From assembly GCA_026016245.1 (NCBI GenBank), contig CP061211.1:150001-182000 (forward strand): a DNA stretch of 32,000 nucleotides. Reading direction: 5' to 3'. The position numbers were made by a program, and so were the translations under genes. Of this stretch, positions 8,717 to 18,424 are shown in pieces (within the stretch, counting starts at the first letter, position 1; every line of letters begins with the position of its first letter). The notes beneath the pieces were generated by a model. That model saw only the letters and a list, made by a program, of their open reading frames with translations, was not told where the DNA came from and did no database searches. The stretch comes from Candidatus Pacearchaeota archaeon (lineage in GTDB: Archaea; Nanobdellota; Nanobdellia; Pacearchaeales; UBA284).

Positions 8717-9670
8717 TCAAACAAATCCAAGATAGAATTGAATAAAAATAAAGAATATATAAAGTAACAAGAGAGCTATTCCTTCCATTACATATAACTT
8801 AGAGCCACTGTGCAGGAAAGTTGCAAAGAGGAAAGTTAACAAGATTAAAAATATCGCGCTCACAAGAACAAGCATTAAGTTAGCAGTAATAGGAAAGATT
8901 AAAGCTGTAATTCCAAGAACAAGAGTTGAGTTTACGACAACAGAGCCAAAAAGATCACCAAGGGCCATTTCTCCGTAGCCAAGTTGAGCAGCTCTAGCTC
9001 CAAAAGCAAGTTCTGGTAAAGTGGTTCCTATTGCTATAAGAAATAAACCTATAATGATTGGAGGCAACATTAATTCTAGAGATAAAACAGTGGCGTACTT
9101 AACAACAAAATAAGAACTTGCAAAAAGAAAAATCAAGGAAATAACAAATATTATAGAATAAAGTATTACTTTTTCCCTTTTTATTCTTGTTTCATTTTCT
9201 AAAGGCTTTTTGAATTTTTTTCTTCTTTTCAAAATTCTCCAAGAATATAAACAGAAAGCTGCTATTAGAATTATGCCATCAATCCAGTTTAATGAACCAT
9301 CTATAAAGAATAAGACTAGAGGAAGAATTACTATTGGAATAAGAAATAAAGAACTTTTTTTAATATCTTTTTTCTTAATTTTTATTCCTCTAGCAAGAAG
9401 GATCATTATTCCTCCAATAAGTGCAAAGTTAGCTATGTTTGCGCCAATAACGTTTCCTAAACTAAGGGCAGTGTTTTGAGTAAGGGCAGAACTTATTCCA
9501 ACAAAAAGTTCTGGCAAGCTTGTGGCTATTGCTATGATTATGAAAGCTGCTGTAAACTCACTAATACGCAAAAATACTGAAATTTTTCCAATACTTTTAA
9601 CAAGATAAGTTCCACTACCAAAAAGAATAGCACATGAAAGAACAAAAAATAAAATATTTAACCATAACAT
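8717..9670 (-). CDS. Ca2+/cation antiporter (CaCA family, sodium/calcium exchanger)
   Basis: duplicated alpha-repeat motifs ATSLPELFVGISSAL/GNVIGANIANFAL and IGTTLPELAFGARAA/GDLFGSVVVNSTLVLG; start trimmed to ATG at 9670, two nt after the upstream stop. Confidence 0.9.
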   Translation of the reverse strand: MLWLNILFFVLSCAILFGSGTYLVKSIGKISVFLRISEFTAAFIIIAIATSLPELFVGISSALTQNTALSLGNVIGANIANFALIGGIMILLARGIKIKKKDIKKSSLFLIPIVILPLVLFFIDGSLNWIDGIILIAAFCLYSWRILKRRKKFKKPLENETRIKREKVILYSIIFVISLIFLFASSYFVVKYATVLSLELMLPPIIIGLFLIAIGTTLPELAFGARAAQLGYGEMALGDLFGSVVVNSTLVLGITALIFPITANLMLVLVSAIFLILLTFLFATFLHSGSKLYVMEGIALLLLYIFFIFIQFYLGFV

Positions 9671-9672
9671 TT

Positions 9673-10311
9673 TTATTCTATAACACAAACCTTATTTTTT
9701 CCTTTTTCTTTTGCTTTGTAAAGAGCAATGTCAGCCTGATCTAACATATATTGTATTCCTGCTTTTGTTAATTTGGATATGCCCATGCTTACTGTAACTT
9801 TTTCAAACCCTTTTTCAATCCTTTTACTAATAGCTCTTATTTTTGTTTCTGCAATCTTTTTTCTTATTCTTTCAGCTATTTCTCTTGCTTTTTTTAGTTT
9901 CGTATTTGGAAGCACGATAATAAATTCTTCTCCTCCATAACGGGCAACAAAATCTTCTTTTCGCGTCAGCCTTTGAATTGTTTTTGTTGCAGCTTTAAGA
10001 GCCATGTCTCCTTGTAAATGACCATAAGTGTCATTATATTGTTTAAAATTATCAATATCCATCATTATTACAGCTAGAGGCAGGCCTTGTCTTATTGATT
10101 TTTCCATCTCCCTGCCAAGAAGCTCATCAAGAATTCTTCTGTTGAATACACCAGTTAGATGATCTTTTGTTGCATATGAATAAAGCTCATTAAACAGTCT
10201 TCCAAGAGATCGAGCTTCTGGTTTTGGCTTTTTTATTTCACTCCTAATCTGTTTGCTTAATTGCTCTAGCGCAGCATATCTTTTTTCTTTCTTTCCTTTC
10301 CTCTTTTTCAT
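9673..10311 (-). CDS. GGDEF-domain protein, predicted diguanylate cyclase
   Basis: DHLTGVFNRR, DIDNFKQYNDTYGHLQGD, RYGGEEF signature, RKED I-site (RxxD) five residues upstream of GGEEF, VTVSMGIS. Confidence 0.93.
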   Translation of the reverse strand: MKKRKGKKEKRYAALEQLSKQIRSEIKKPKPEARSLGRLFNELYSYATKDHLTGVFNRRILDELLGREMEKSIRQGLPLAVIMMDIDNFKQYNDTYGHLQGDMALKAATKTIQRLTRKEDFVARYGGEEFIIVLPNTKLKKAREIAERIRKKIAETKIRAISKRIEKGFEKVTVSMGISKLTKAGIQYMLDQADIALYKAKEKGKNKVCVIE

Positions 10312-10319
10312 TCTTTTTC

Positions 10320-12965
10320 TTACCTATTAAATATCTTTGGCTTTAAATATTTAAATAGTTCTCCAACAACAAGAATTGATAATGAGATTAAAAAGATTCC
10401 TGAAAATTCTTTAAGTGTTAATGAAGAAGTTCCGAAAAGTGTCTGTAAAAAGGGTGTTTGAACAATCAGGATTTGCAATATGAATGATATTATTATGGCT
10501 CCAAACAGTAGCCAGTTAGCCTTTAGTTTGTAGAGAGACTGTCTGAATGACCTAAAGTTTATTGCATTAAATCCTTCAAAGAATACAAGACCAGTGAATG
10601 CAACTGTCTGAAGTTTTATTGCATCTAAAGCACTTATCATGTTTATAGATAAGAGGATGCCTAGAGTAATTAGTATAGCAAGTAAAAACCAGATTACAAC
10701 AATTCCAGATGTGAATAGTTTAGCTTCTGTTGGTTTTCTTTTCATTACATCTGCCTCAGGATGTTCAAGACTTAATGTTAAGGCTATTATCCCATCACTC
10801 ACGAGATTTATCCATAATATTTGTATAGGTAATAAAGCAAGCATAGTTGGCCAGCCAAGTTGGGAGGCAAAAAGTAGAGCAAAAACAATTATAAAAATCT
10901 CGGCAAGGTTACTGCTTAAAAGATAGTATGAGAATTTCTTTATATTATCAAAAACACGACGCCCTTCTTTGACTGCTTTTGCTATAGAAGCAAAATTATC
11001 ATCTGTGAGAATCATGTCAGAAACATCTCTGGTTACATCTGTGCCTCTTATACCCATTGCTACTCCGATGTCAGCTCTTTTAAGAGCAGGAGCATCATTA
11101 ACCCCATCACCAGTCACAGCTACAATTTCTTTTTGTTCCTTCAGTATGTTTATAATCCTTAACTTTTGTTCTGGAGTTGTCCTTGCAAAAATTACAGTCT
11201 CCTTTATTTTAGATTTTAACTCTTCATCACTCATCTTCTCAATCTCTCTACCAACAACTGCTTCGCCAACCAAACCTATTTGTTTAGCCACTGCTATAGC
11301 TGTCAGCTTAGCATCACCAGTAATCATCTTAACTGCTATCCCTGCTTCCTTTGTTGCCTTAATTGCTTCTTTAACTTCAGGTCTTGGAGGATCTAACATC
11401 CCTTGAAAACCCACAAAAATAAGTTCAGATTCAGCGTCTGTTTGTGTAAATTTTTTATTGACAGGCTTATAAGCAAAACCCAAAACTCTCAAGCCTTGTG
11501 AAGCCATTTCTTCATATACAATTAGAAGCTCTTTTCTTCTTCTTGCCACAAGCCTCAGAGCTGTATTTCCAACAAGTTCTTTTGAACATTTCTCAAGAAT
11601 TACTTCTGGAGAACCTTTTACATAACTTATATTCTGAAAATCTGTCTTTCTAACAATGGACATCATTTTTCTTTTGGAAGTAAAAGCAAATTCCTTTACT
11701 CTAGGTTCTTTTTCAGTTAGAATTTTTTTATCAAAACCTAAATTAGAAGCTATTCTAATAAGAGCTGCTTCAGTAGGATCACCAATAATTTCTTCTTCAT
11801 CATCTATTTTTTCAAGGCGAGCATTATTACATAAACAGTTTATCTTAAGAAGCAGTCTGAGAGCTTTGTCCTTTACTTTTCCTTCCCCTATATTTTCTGC
11901 CTTGATTATTTTGTTATCATAATATAAATTAGTGACTGTCATTTTTTCTTCAGTTATTGTTCCTGTTTTATCTGTGCAGATTACTGTTACTCTGCCAAGA
12001 GTTTCAGCAGCAGGTAATTTTCTTATCAAACTTTTAACTCTATACATTCTTCGAACTGCTATTGCTAAACCAATAGTGATTACAGCTGGCAATCCTTCAG
12101 GAACTGCAGCAACTGCTAAACTTATAGCAGTAAAAAACATTTGAACTTTATCAAGACCAAAATAAATACCAAGTCCCGCTATAACTGCAACAAGAATTAT
12201 TACAATGACTCCAATTTTCTTAGCAAAACTATCGAGCCTGATCTGTAGAGGGGTTCTTTCTGCTCTAGTTTTTTGAACCATGCTAGCTATTTTACCAAAT
12301 TCAGTTTGCATGGCTGTGGCAACAACAAGGGCCTTACAAGAGCCTCTAACAACAGAAGTTCCTTTATAAAGCATGTTGGATCTATTATAAATTTCTGTTT
12401 CCACATCAAGAATCTTGGTTTCTTTATCAACAGGCGTGCTTTCTCCTGTCAAAACAGCCTCATTTGTCTGTAAATCACTAGTTTCTATAATCCTAGAATC
12501 AGCAACAACTTTATCACCTTCTTGTAAAATCAAAATGTCACCTGGAACAATCTCACTAGCAGGAATTTCCTTCAAAATACCAGAACGAAGAACTTTAGCT
12601 TTGGTTACTAACATACCTCTTAAAGCCTGGATTGATTTCTCAGCCTTATAGTTCTGAAAAAAACCAATACCAGCATTCAGAATAACAATACCAAGAATCA
12701 CATACATATCAATCCAATGAGCAACAAATGCTGAAACAATAGCAGCAAGTATAAGAAGAATAACAAAAAAAGATTTAAATTGTTCAAATAAAATTCTTAA
12801 AGGTTCAAACCTTCTAATCTTTCTAATTTCATTCTTGCCATATTCCTCAAGTCTTTTAGTAGCTTCTTTATCATTAAGTCCAGTAAATTTACTTTTCAGT
12901 TTTTCGATTGCTTTATCAGAACTTAAAGTATGCCAATAAATACTTTCCTTTACCTCTTTTTGCAT
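10320..12965 (-). CDS. P-type cation-transporting ATPase, Ca2+ (P2) type
   Basis: TDKTGTITEEKM phosphorylation motif, TGDAK, GDGVNDAPALK, M4 PEGLP, M5 SSNLAE, M6 NLVSDG matching SERCA-type Ca2+ ligand positions. Confidence 0.92.
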   Translation of the reverse strand: MQKEVKESIYWHTLSSDKAIEKLKSKFTGLNDKEATKRLEEYGKNEIRKIRRFEPLRILFEQFKSFFVILLILAAIVSAFVAHWIDMYVILGIVILNAGIGFFQNYKAEKSIQALRGMLVTKAKVLRSGILKEIPASEIVPGDILILQEGDKVVADSRIIETSDLQTNEAVLTGESTPVDKETKILDVETEIYNRSNMLYKGTSVVRGSCKALVVATAMQTEFGKIASMVQKTRAERTPLQIRLDSFAKKIGVIVIILVAVIAGLGIYFGLDKVQMFFTAISLAVAAVPEGLPAVITIGLAIAVRRMYRVKSLIRKLPAAETLGRVTVICTDKTGTITEEKMTVTNLYYDNKIIKAENIGEGKVKDKALRLLLKINCLCNNARLEKIDDEEEIIGDPTEAALIRIASNLGFDKKILTEKEPRVKEFAFTSKRKMMSIVRKTDFQNISYVKGSPEVILEKCSKELVGNTALRLVARRRKELLIVYEEMASQGLRVLGFAYKPVNKKFTQTDAESELIFVGFQGMLDPPRPEVKEAIKATKEAGIAVKMITGDAKLTAIAVAKQIGLVGEAVVGREIEKMSDEELKSKIKETVIFARTTPEQKLRIINILKEQKEIVAVTGDGVNDAPALKRADIGVAMGIRGTDVTRDVSDMILTDDNFASIAKAVKEGRRVFDNIKKFSYYLLSSNLAEIFIIVFALLFASQLGWPTMLALLPIQILWINLVSDGIIALTLSLEHPEADVMKRKPTEAKLFTSGIVVIWFLLAILITLGILLSINMISALDAIKLQTVAFTGLVFFEGFNAINFRSFRQSLYKLKANWLLFGAIIISFILQILIVQTPFLQTLFGTSSLTLKEFSGIFLISLSILVVGELFKYLKPKIFNR

Positions 12966-13000
12966 AAATAAAACAAGAAAAAAGAGATTAAAAATTTAAC

Positions 13001-13417
13001 TCAATAATTATTTATTCTAGAAAGATTCTTGTTTAACACTATTGGATTCATTGCTATTAATTCATCTTCGAAAATACTCTCTGGTATTGGATTAAACAGA
13101 AAAATCTTTTTTCCAAGTTCAAAAGCTTTAAAGATTTCTAGAAATGTTGCTCCGCCAATATAATTTCTTTGGCCATTTTTCTCAAAATTTAAAACAAGGA
13201 CTGCATCACTATTTTTTACTTTTTCATTTTGCAATCGAATCATCTCTGATTTCCATTTTATATGAGCTTGCCTTCCTTTTTTCTTTTCTTCCTCTTCTCT
13301 AAAAGGATCCTCATAACTATTAGGAAAAGTCAATTCATGTCCTACTTTCTTAAGTTGTTCTTGTATACAAGGTATTTGATGATAAAAATGCTTGCTACAA
13401 CAAATAAATATTTTCAT
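13001..13417 (-). CDS. conserved hypothetical, possible nucleoside 2-deoxyribosyltransferase-like fold
   Basis: N-terminal MKIFICCSKHFY, C-terminal half GGATFLEIFKAFELGKKIFLFNP resembles the family E..A...GK pattern; TATA-like sequence upstream. Confidence 0.45.
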   Translation of the reverse strand: MKIFICCSKHFYHQIPCIQEQLKKVGHELTFPNSYEDPFREEEEKKKGRQAHIKWKSEMIRLQNEKVKNSDAVLVLNFEKNGQRNYIGGATFLEIFKAFELGKKIFLFNPIPESIFEDELIAMNPIVLNKNLSRINNY

Positions 13418-13517
13418 AAAAAAATACAGAACTTAAAATATATAAAGATTTCTTAACTCAATGCAAATATTTTTATATGATTTTTTCTCTTTAAAGATGT
13501 AAATAAAAGAGGTGAAG

Positions 13518-15269
13518 ATGGTAAGTTTTGAAGAGATTATCGCAGCTGCTACAGGGAGCGTGTCTTCTATAGGAAATATTATATCTCAATCTCCAGATAG
13601 CCAGTCAATTCTTATTAGTATTGGAATTGTTATTATTATTTCTGCTATTCTTGCTATTATACTTAAATTATTGAAGCAGGAAATAATCCCTGCCTATATT
13701 TTAGCTGGTTTGATTATTGGTCCTCTTGTTTTAGGACTTGTTAAAGATACATCAGTAATTTCAGCCCTAGCAGAGATAGGCATAGCTTTCTTGTTGTTTG
13801 TAGCAGGAATAGAAATTTCATTTAAAAAATTAAAAGAGACTAGTACTGGTTCATTGGTAGCTGGTTTCTTTCAAATCATAATTATTGGTGTTGCAACATT
13901 TTTCATTTCAACAGCTCTTGGTTTTGGAAGAATAGAATCTTTTTATCTTGCTCTTGCCCTTTCTTTCAGCTCAACTATTCTTGTGATAAAGCTTTTTGCA
14001 GATAAATATGAGCTGAATACTTTACATGCTAGAATTGCGATAAGCATTTTATTGATACAGGACATTGTTGCTATCTTTGCTCTAGCCATCTTATCAGGAA
14101 GATTCACACATATTTTTGTTTATCTTGCCTTATTAAAAGTCTTCTTACTGCTCCTAATAGCTTTCTTTTTAAGCAAAACAATTCTCAAGCCTCTATTCAA
14201 TTTTGCTTCTAGATCCACAGAGCTTTTATTCATAGTTTCCATAGCTCTTGTCTTCTTATTTTCTGCTCTTAGCCATATCTTAGGACTTTCAATTATTATT
14301 GGAGCGTTTATTGGTGGTTTATCTCTAGCAAATCTTCGCTACAAAACAGAAATTGTATCAAAAATTCGCCCTCTTAGAGACTTTTTTGCAATAATATTTT
14401 TTGTCTCGCTTGGAATGTTACTAACAACATTCAATTTCAGAGAATTGATAGTTCCTTTGGTAGTTCTTCTTGCTATAGTTTTGATAGCTAAACCATTCAT
14501 AACTGCCTTTTTTATCAGAATAGCAGGTTATGGACAGAGAACAAGTGCTTTAACTGGATTTGGCCTCGCGCAAATATCTGAATTTTCCTTAATACTAATA
14601 CTTCAGGGATTTGTTTTAGGAATTGTGACACAGAAAACTTTCAGTCTTGTTGTTTTAGTAGCTATGATAACAATGGCTCTCACACCTTACCTAATAAGAG
14701 GTAGTCTAACTTTCTACTCAAGATCTATAGGAGCTATAAAAATTATAGAAAAACTTCCAACTGGCAAGGAAAAGACAAGATATAAATTTCAGAAAAAGAA
14801 AACTCTCTTACTTGTAGGTGCTCACAGAATGGGTTCTGTTTTTATCAAAAAGTTGGAAAGATTAAAACATAGAATCCTTGTTGTAGATTTTAATCCAGAA
14901 ATAATTAAAGCTCTAGAAAGAAAAAATATTTCTGCTATCTATGGGGATATAGCAAATACAGAAATTTTCAATCATCTTCCTCTAGCCAAACTTAAAGTAG
15001 TAATATCAACTGTTCCTAATAAGGAGGACAATATTCTCGTAATCAGATATTTCAAAAAGCTTCTCCCAAAAGTATTTGTGACAGTAACAGCGCAAAGAAT
15101 AGATGATGCTCTTGAGATGTATAAACTAGGAGCAGATTATGTAATAAGCCCAATGATAGTCAGTGCAGAACATGCTATAGAAAATATAATAAAACTTAAC
15201 AAGTGGCAATTCAGAAAACTAAAGAAAAAGCAAATAAGATATCTCAGAGATCTAAATAAAACTTTATAA
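13518..15269 (+). CDS. Kef/CPA2-type monovalent cation/H+ antiporter with C-terminal TrkA-N domain
   Basis: multi-TM protein with typical CPA2 segments (ILAGLIIGPLVLG, LALSFSSTILVIKL, FIGGLSLAN) and a Rossmann TrkA-N domain (LLLVGAHRMG...VVDFNPE); SD gaggtg before ATG 13518. Confidence 0.9.
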   Translation: MVSFEEIIAAATGSVSSIGNIISQSPDSQSILISIGIVIIISAILAIILKLLKQEIIPAYILAGLIIGPLVLGLVKDTSVISALAEIGIAFLLFVAGIEISFKKLKETSTGSLVAGFFQIIIIGVATFFISTALGFGRIESFYLALALSFSSTILVIKLFADKYELNTLHARIAISILLIQDIVAIFALAILSGRFTHIFVYLALLKVFLLLLIAFFLSKTILKPLFNFASRSTELLFIVSIALVFLFSALSHILGLSIIIGAFIGGLSLANLRYKTEIVSKIRPLRDFFAIIFFVSLGMLLTTFNFRELIVPLVVLLAIVLIAKPFITAFFIRIAGYGQRTSALTGFGLAQISEFSLILILQGFVLGIVTQKTFSLVVLVAMITMALTPYLIRGSLTFYSRSIGAIKIIEKLPTGKEKTRYKFQKKKTLLLVGAHRMGSVFIKKLERLKHRILVVDFNPEIIKALERKNISAIYGDIANTEIFNHLPLAKLKVVISTVPNKEDNILVIRYFKKLLPKVFVTVTAQRIDDALEMYKLGADYVISPMIVSAEHAIENIIKLNKWQFRKLKKKQIRYLRDLNKTL

Positions 15270-16568
15270 TGATTTTATCTCTTTAATCCCCATATCTTTA
15301 AGCTGACTTCTAGGTATAGTTTTAACAAGCTCTCTAATAGTAGAAATCTTTCTCTTGGCTTTAGCATATAATCTTTCTTTCTTAACAAAAGCTTTTTTCC
15401 ATTTTTTCTTGAAAGCTTTGAGATACTTAACATCAATATTAGTTGGAGGGCCAGCAACAACATAATATTTTTCTGGCTCTTTTAAAATAAAGTAAAATTT
15501 AGATATAAGGCTTTTTTCATCAAAATCAAAAGTTCCGCTAAGAATCTTAAAGCCATTCTTCTTCATATAGAAAAATAAAAATTCATAAAATTTCTTTAAT
15601 TTCGCACCAGCAATATCAACTTTCTTTTTTGTGCTGATAGTTTTTAGAGCAACAAATCTTGCTTTATCTTTTCGTGCTTTCTTTTTCCATGCATTAATAT
15701 CAAAAGCTTCTTTAAAGAAAAATTTCTCATTAGGAGTCTTTAAAAAATCCTTACATGCTTTAATGAATCTTGTAAAAGTTTTGAAACTTAAGGCAGCTGC
15801 CGCATTTCTTTCTTTCTGAACAGGATCAATTAAAATTATAGGGGAATGTAATTTAGCTTCATTTAATTCTTTAAATACTTGATTTTTGCTTTTATAATAT
15901 TTCTTTGGGTCAACTACAATTCTGCTCTCTTTTGATATTGGTATTTTCCATTTAGAAGCAGCTCTAATAAAGTTAACAAATGAGCCATAATAAGAGACTA
16001 AAACTTCAAGAGCATAACCTGAAAATCCACGAATGTAGGATTCAGCTCCATAACAATCAGTTCCATAACAGAAGGCCTTTGCTAATCTTATTTCATTAGC
16101 TAATTTCTTGTTCTTTTTTATTTGTTTTAAAATATAAGTAACATGTAAGGGAGAAATGTCAGTAATATTCAAAGCCTGGGATGGTTTCTTAATTGCAAGA
16201 ATAGGAATAAGTTCAAGTTTCAAGTTTTTATATTTGACTTGGAAATAATCTCTAGAGCCTTTTAATCTGATATGTTTTAGTTTACTTGCCCTAATAACTT
16301 GCTCTAAATATCTAGAAAGCTCTTTACTTTTATTTTTGTATCTTGCATAAGGAAACATAATAAAAATATCAATATCATATTTTGTATCTCTCTTCACTAA
16401 AGTTTGTTTTGCAAGAGAACCCCCAACAAATAATTTAGCTTGATATTTTTTTAATTTTGGCCTTAATTTTTTTTCAAATTCCAAAAGAGATTTATCTAGC
16501 AAAATTTTCTCCTTTAATAGAGGAGTAATTTTTTTGCTTACATTTGATAAAATTTGTTGTATTTTCAT
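15264..16568 (-). CDS. cca: CCA tRNA nucleotidyltransferase, archaeal class I
   Basis: VGGSLAKQTLVKRDTKYDIDIFIMFP nucleotidyltransferase motif, IKLKGSRDYFQVKYKNLKLELIPI-type second Asp/Glu region, GFSGYALEVLVSYYGSF archaeal motif. Confidence 0.92.
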   Translation of the reverse strand: MKIQQILSNVSKKITPLLKEKILLDKSLLEFEKKLRPKLKKYQAKLFVGGSLAKQTLVKRDTKYDIDIFIMFPYARYKNKSKELSRYLEQVIRASKLKHIRLKGSRDYFQVKYKNLKLELIPILAIKKPSQALNITDISPLHVTYILKQIKKNKKLANEIRLAKAFCYGTDCYGAESYIRGFSGYALEVLVSYYGSFVNFIRAASKWKIPISKESRIVVDPKKYYKSKNQVFKELNEAKLHSPIILIDPVQKERNAAAALSFKTFTRFIKACKDFLKTPNEKFFFKEAFDINAWKKKARKDKARFVALKTISTKKKVDIAGAKLKKFYEFLFFYMKKNGFKILSGTFDFDEKSLISKFYFILKEPEKYYVVAGPPTNIDVKYLKAFKKKWKKAFVKKERLYAKAKRKISTIRELVKTIPRSQLKDMGIKEIKSL

Positions 16569-16569
16569 T

Positions 16570-17358
16570 TCAACCTCTTTTCTTTAGAAGAGTAATTCTT
16601 TCATAACCTTCAACTTTATCTTTCTTAAAATTAATAGTAGGGATATCCTTTTCAAATAAAATTATTTTAAAATATTTCTCTAAATACTTTTTTGAAAATA
16701 TGGTTCCTATATCATCTATCAATATCAAACACCCTTCTGAATCAAGCAAAGAAGATATTTTCTTGATTAGTCCTTTTCTATTTTTTAACTCCCATTGAAA
16801 TTTCTTGGGGGAATGGCACATATAATTGATGCTGTAAACCATATTGGCCAAAATAATATCATATTTTTGATCCAACTTTTTTGGAAAGTTCTTCATATTT
16901 GCTTTGAATGTTCTTACCTTATCAACTGCTTTGGGAAACGGTTCAATTCCGAAAGCAGAAAATCCTTTTTTGTTTAACAAATTAATCAGGATAGGGTAAT
17001 CTCCAAATCCTATTTCCAAGATTTTCTCATCGCCCTTCGTTATTTTTTTAATCAATGAAAAACTGTTTTCATAAAAAATTTCTACAGGAAAAAAACTTTT
17101 GTTCTTTTTTGGAATATTTTGTTTTAATTCAATATACGCTTTTTTAACATTATTCTTATTTAATCCAAATTTATTTTTTTGTATATCTGTTAGTTGATTA
17201 GAACAAACTTGTCTTAATTTTATTCTAAATTTATCCCAATTTTTATCACTGCCTTTTTCTTTAACATAATCATAGTAAATTTTATCAAATGCTTCGGCTC
17301 TTTCTTTTGGAGAATATTTTATACTTAATGCTTTTCTCATCAATATTTCTGGTTTCAT
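16570..17358 (-). CDS. SAM-dependent methyltransferase-like protein
   Basis: EKILEIGFGDYPILINLLNKKGFSAFGIEP motif I and YDIILANMVYSINY; ATGA-type overlap with upstream GNAT. Confidence 0.7.
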   Translation of the reverse strand: MKPEILMRKALSIKYSPKERAEAFDKIYYDYVKEKGSDKNWDKFRIKLRQVCSNQLTDIQKNKFGLNKNNVKKAYIELKQNIPKKNKSFFPVEIFYENSFSLIKKITKGDEKILEIGFGDYPILINLLNKKGFSAFGIEPFPKAVDKVRTFKANMKNFPKKLDQKYDIILANMVYSINYMCHSPKKFQWELKNRKGLIKKISSLLDSEGCLILIDDIGTIFSKKYLEKYFKIILFEKDIPTINFKKDKVEGYERITLLKKRG

Positions 17359-17849
17359 TTTTTAAATTTTTTCTGCATTCTAATAGCAGTATTTTTAAAT
17401 CCAAAACTTTTATGCAAATCTCTTGATTTTTTATTTTTAATAAACATTCCAGCAGCCACAGAATCAACTTTTCTTGATTTTAACCACATTAAGAGATCTT
17501 TAAGCAAAGCCTTAGAAATTTTCTTACCTCTCCAATTTCTTTTAAGGTATATACGGTTTATCTCTCCTTGTGTTTTATCATAACTTTGTATTTTAGCGTT
17601 GGCAAAACCAACAATCTCCTTTTCAATTAATGCTACAATAAATCTTTCACTTAGAGATTTAATATCTTTTTTGTAACTTTTTTTATGCTCTTTTTTCCAT
17701 TTGTCAAAGTCTTTTAGAATATTCTTCTTTGTTTTTTTAGGAAATTGTGTTTTAACTTCATCAACAACTCCCTCTCGATAAATTTCTTCTATTTGCGCAA
17801 TGTCCTCTTTTTTTGCCTTTCTTATTTTCAGTTCAGCCTCTTTTTTCAT
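17355..17849 (-). CDS. GNAT family N-acetyltransferase
   Basis: GEINRIYLKRNWRGKKISKALLKDLL acetyl-CoA binding motif; start trimmed to ATG 17849 preceded by GGAGGATTATAAG. Confidence 0.85.
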   Translation of the reverse strand: MKKEAELKIRKAKKEDIAQIEEIYREGVVDEVKTQFPKKTKKNILKDFDKWKKEHKKSYKKDIKSLSERFIVALIEKEIVGFANAKIQSYDKTQGEINRIYLKRNWRGKKISKALLKDLLMWLKSRKVDSVAAGMFIKNKKSRDLHKSFGFKNTAIRMQKKFKK

Positions 17850-17850
17850 C

Positions 17851-18423
17851 TTATAATCCTCCGTAACCAATATCCAAAGTTTCCTTACCTTTTAAAATTA
17901 AATTGAATTTAGATTTGGAACGAACTAGGGCAATCATTCCATTTTTTTCAGTATATCTTTTTCCTGATTTGCCAAGAAATGTATAAGGTTGCTTCATGAT
18001 TACAAATCCAAATTTCTTATATAATCCTCCTAATTTAGGATCTTTAATATTTGTGCAAAGAAAAGCTACTTCACATTTTTGTTTTCTTAAGTCTTCCATG
18101 CTCTTTTTCATAAGATAAGATGCTATTCCTTTACCTCTTTTTTTCTTGACAGTACATAAACCGCCTATTCCTCCCAGAATAATTTTTTTCCCTTTATACC
18201 TGATGACTCTCCTAAAAAGCTCTACTGTTGAAATAACTGAACTATTTTCTAGAGCTAAGATATGTGCATAACCTTTACTACAATATTTGTCTTTGTTTTC
18301 TTTTACCTCTTTTTTAGGCATTCTAGCATAAAAACATTCATGACAAATTTTTTCTACTTGAGTCTTAAGTTTTCTAGGCACCTTAGAATAAGTTCTGATT
18401 TCGTAAGCTATCTTCTTTTTCAT
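17851..18423 (-). CDS. GNAT family N-acetyltransferase
   Basis: IGGLCTVKKKRGKGIASYLMKKSMEDL motif; start trimmed to ATG 18423 just after the deoA stop. Confidence 0.82.
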   Translation of the reverse strand: MKKKIAYEIRTYSKVPRKLKTQVEKICHECFYARMPKKEVKENKDKYCSKGYAHILALENSSVISTVELFRRVIRYKGKKIILGGIGGLCTVKKKRGKGIASYLMKKSMEDLRKQKCEVAFLCTNIKDPKLGGLYKKFGFVIMKQPYTFLGKSGKRYTEKNGMIALVRSKSKFNLILKGKETLDIGYGGL

Positions 18424-18424
18424 T

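Noticed and set aside
10639-12651. String of plus-strand ORFs (10639-10926, 10969-11406, 11656-11922, 11932-12144, 12273-12473, 12415-12651)
   Set aside because: All are antisense to the well-supported P-type ATPase and look like complement translations of its conserved motifs.
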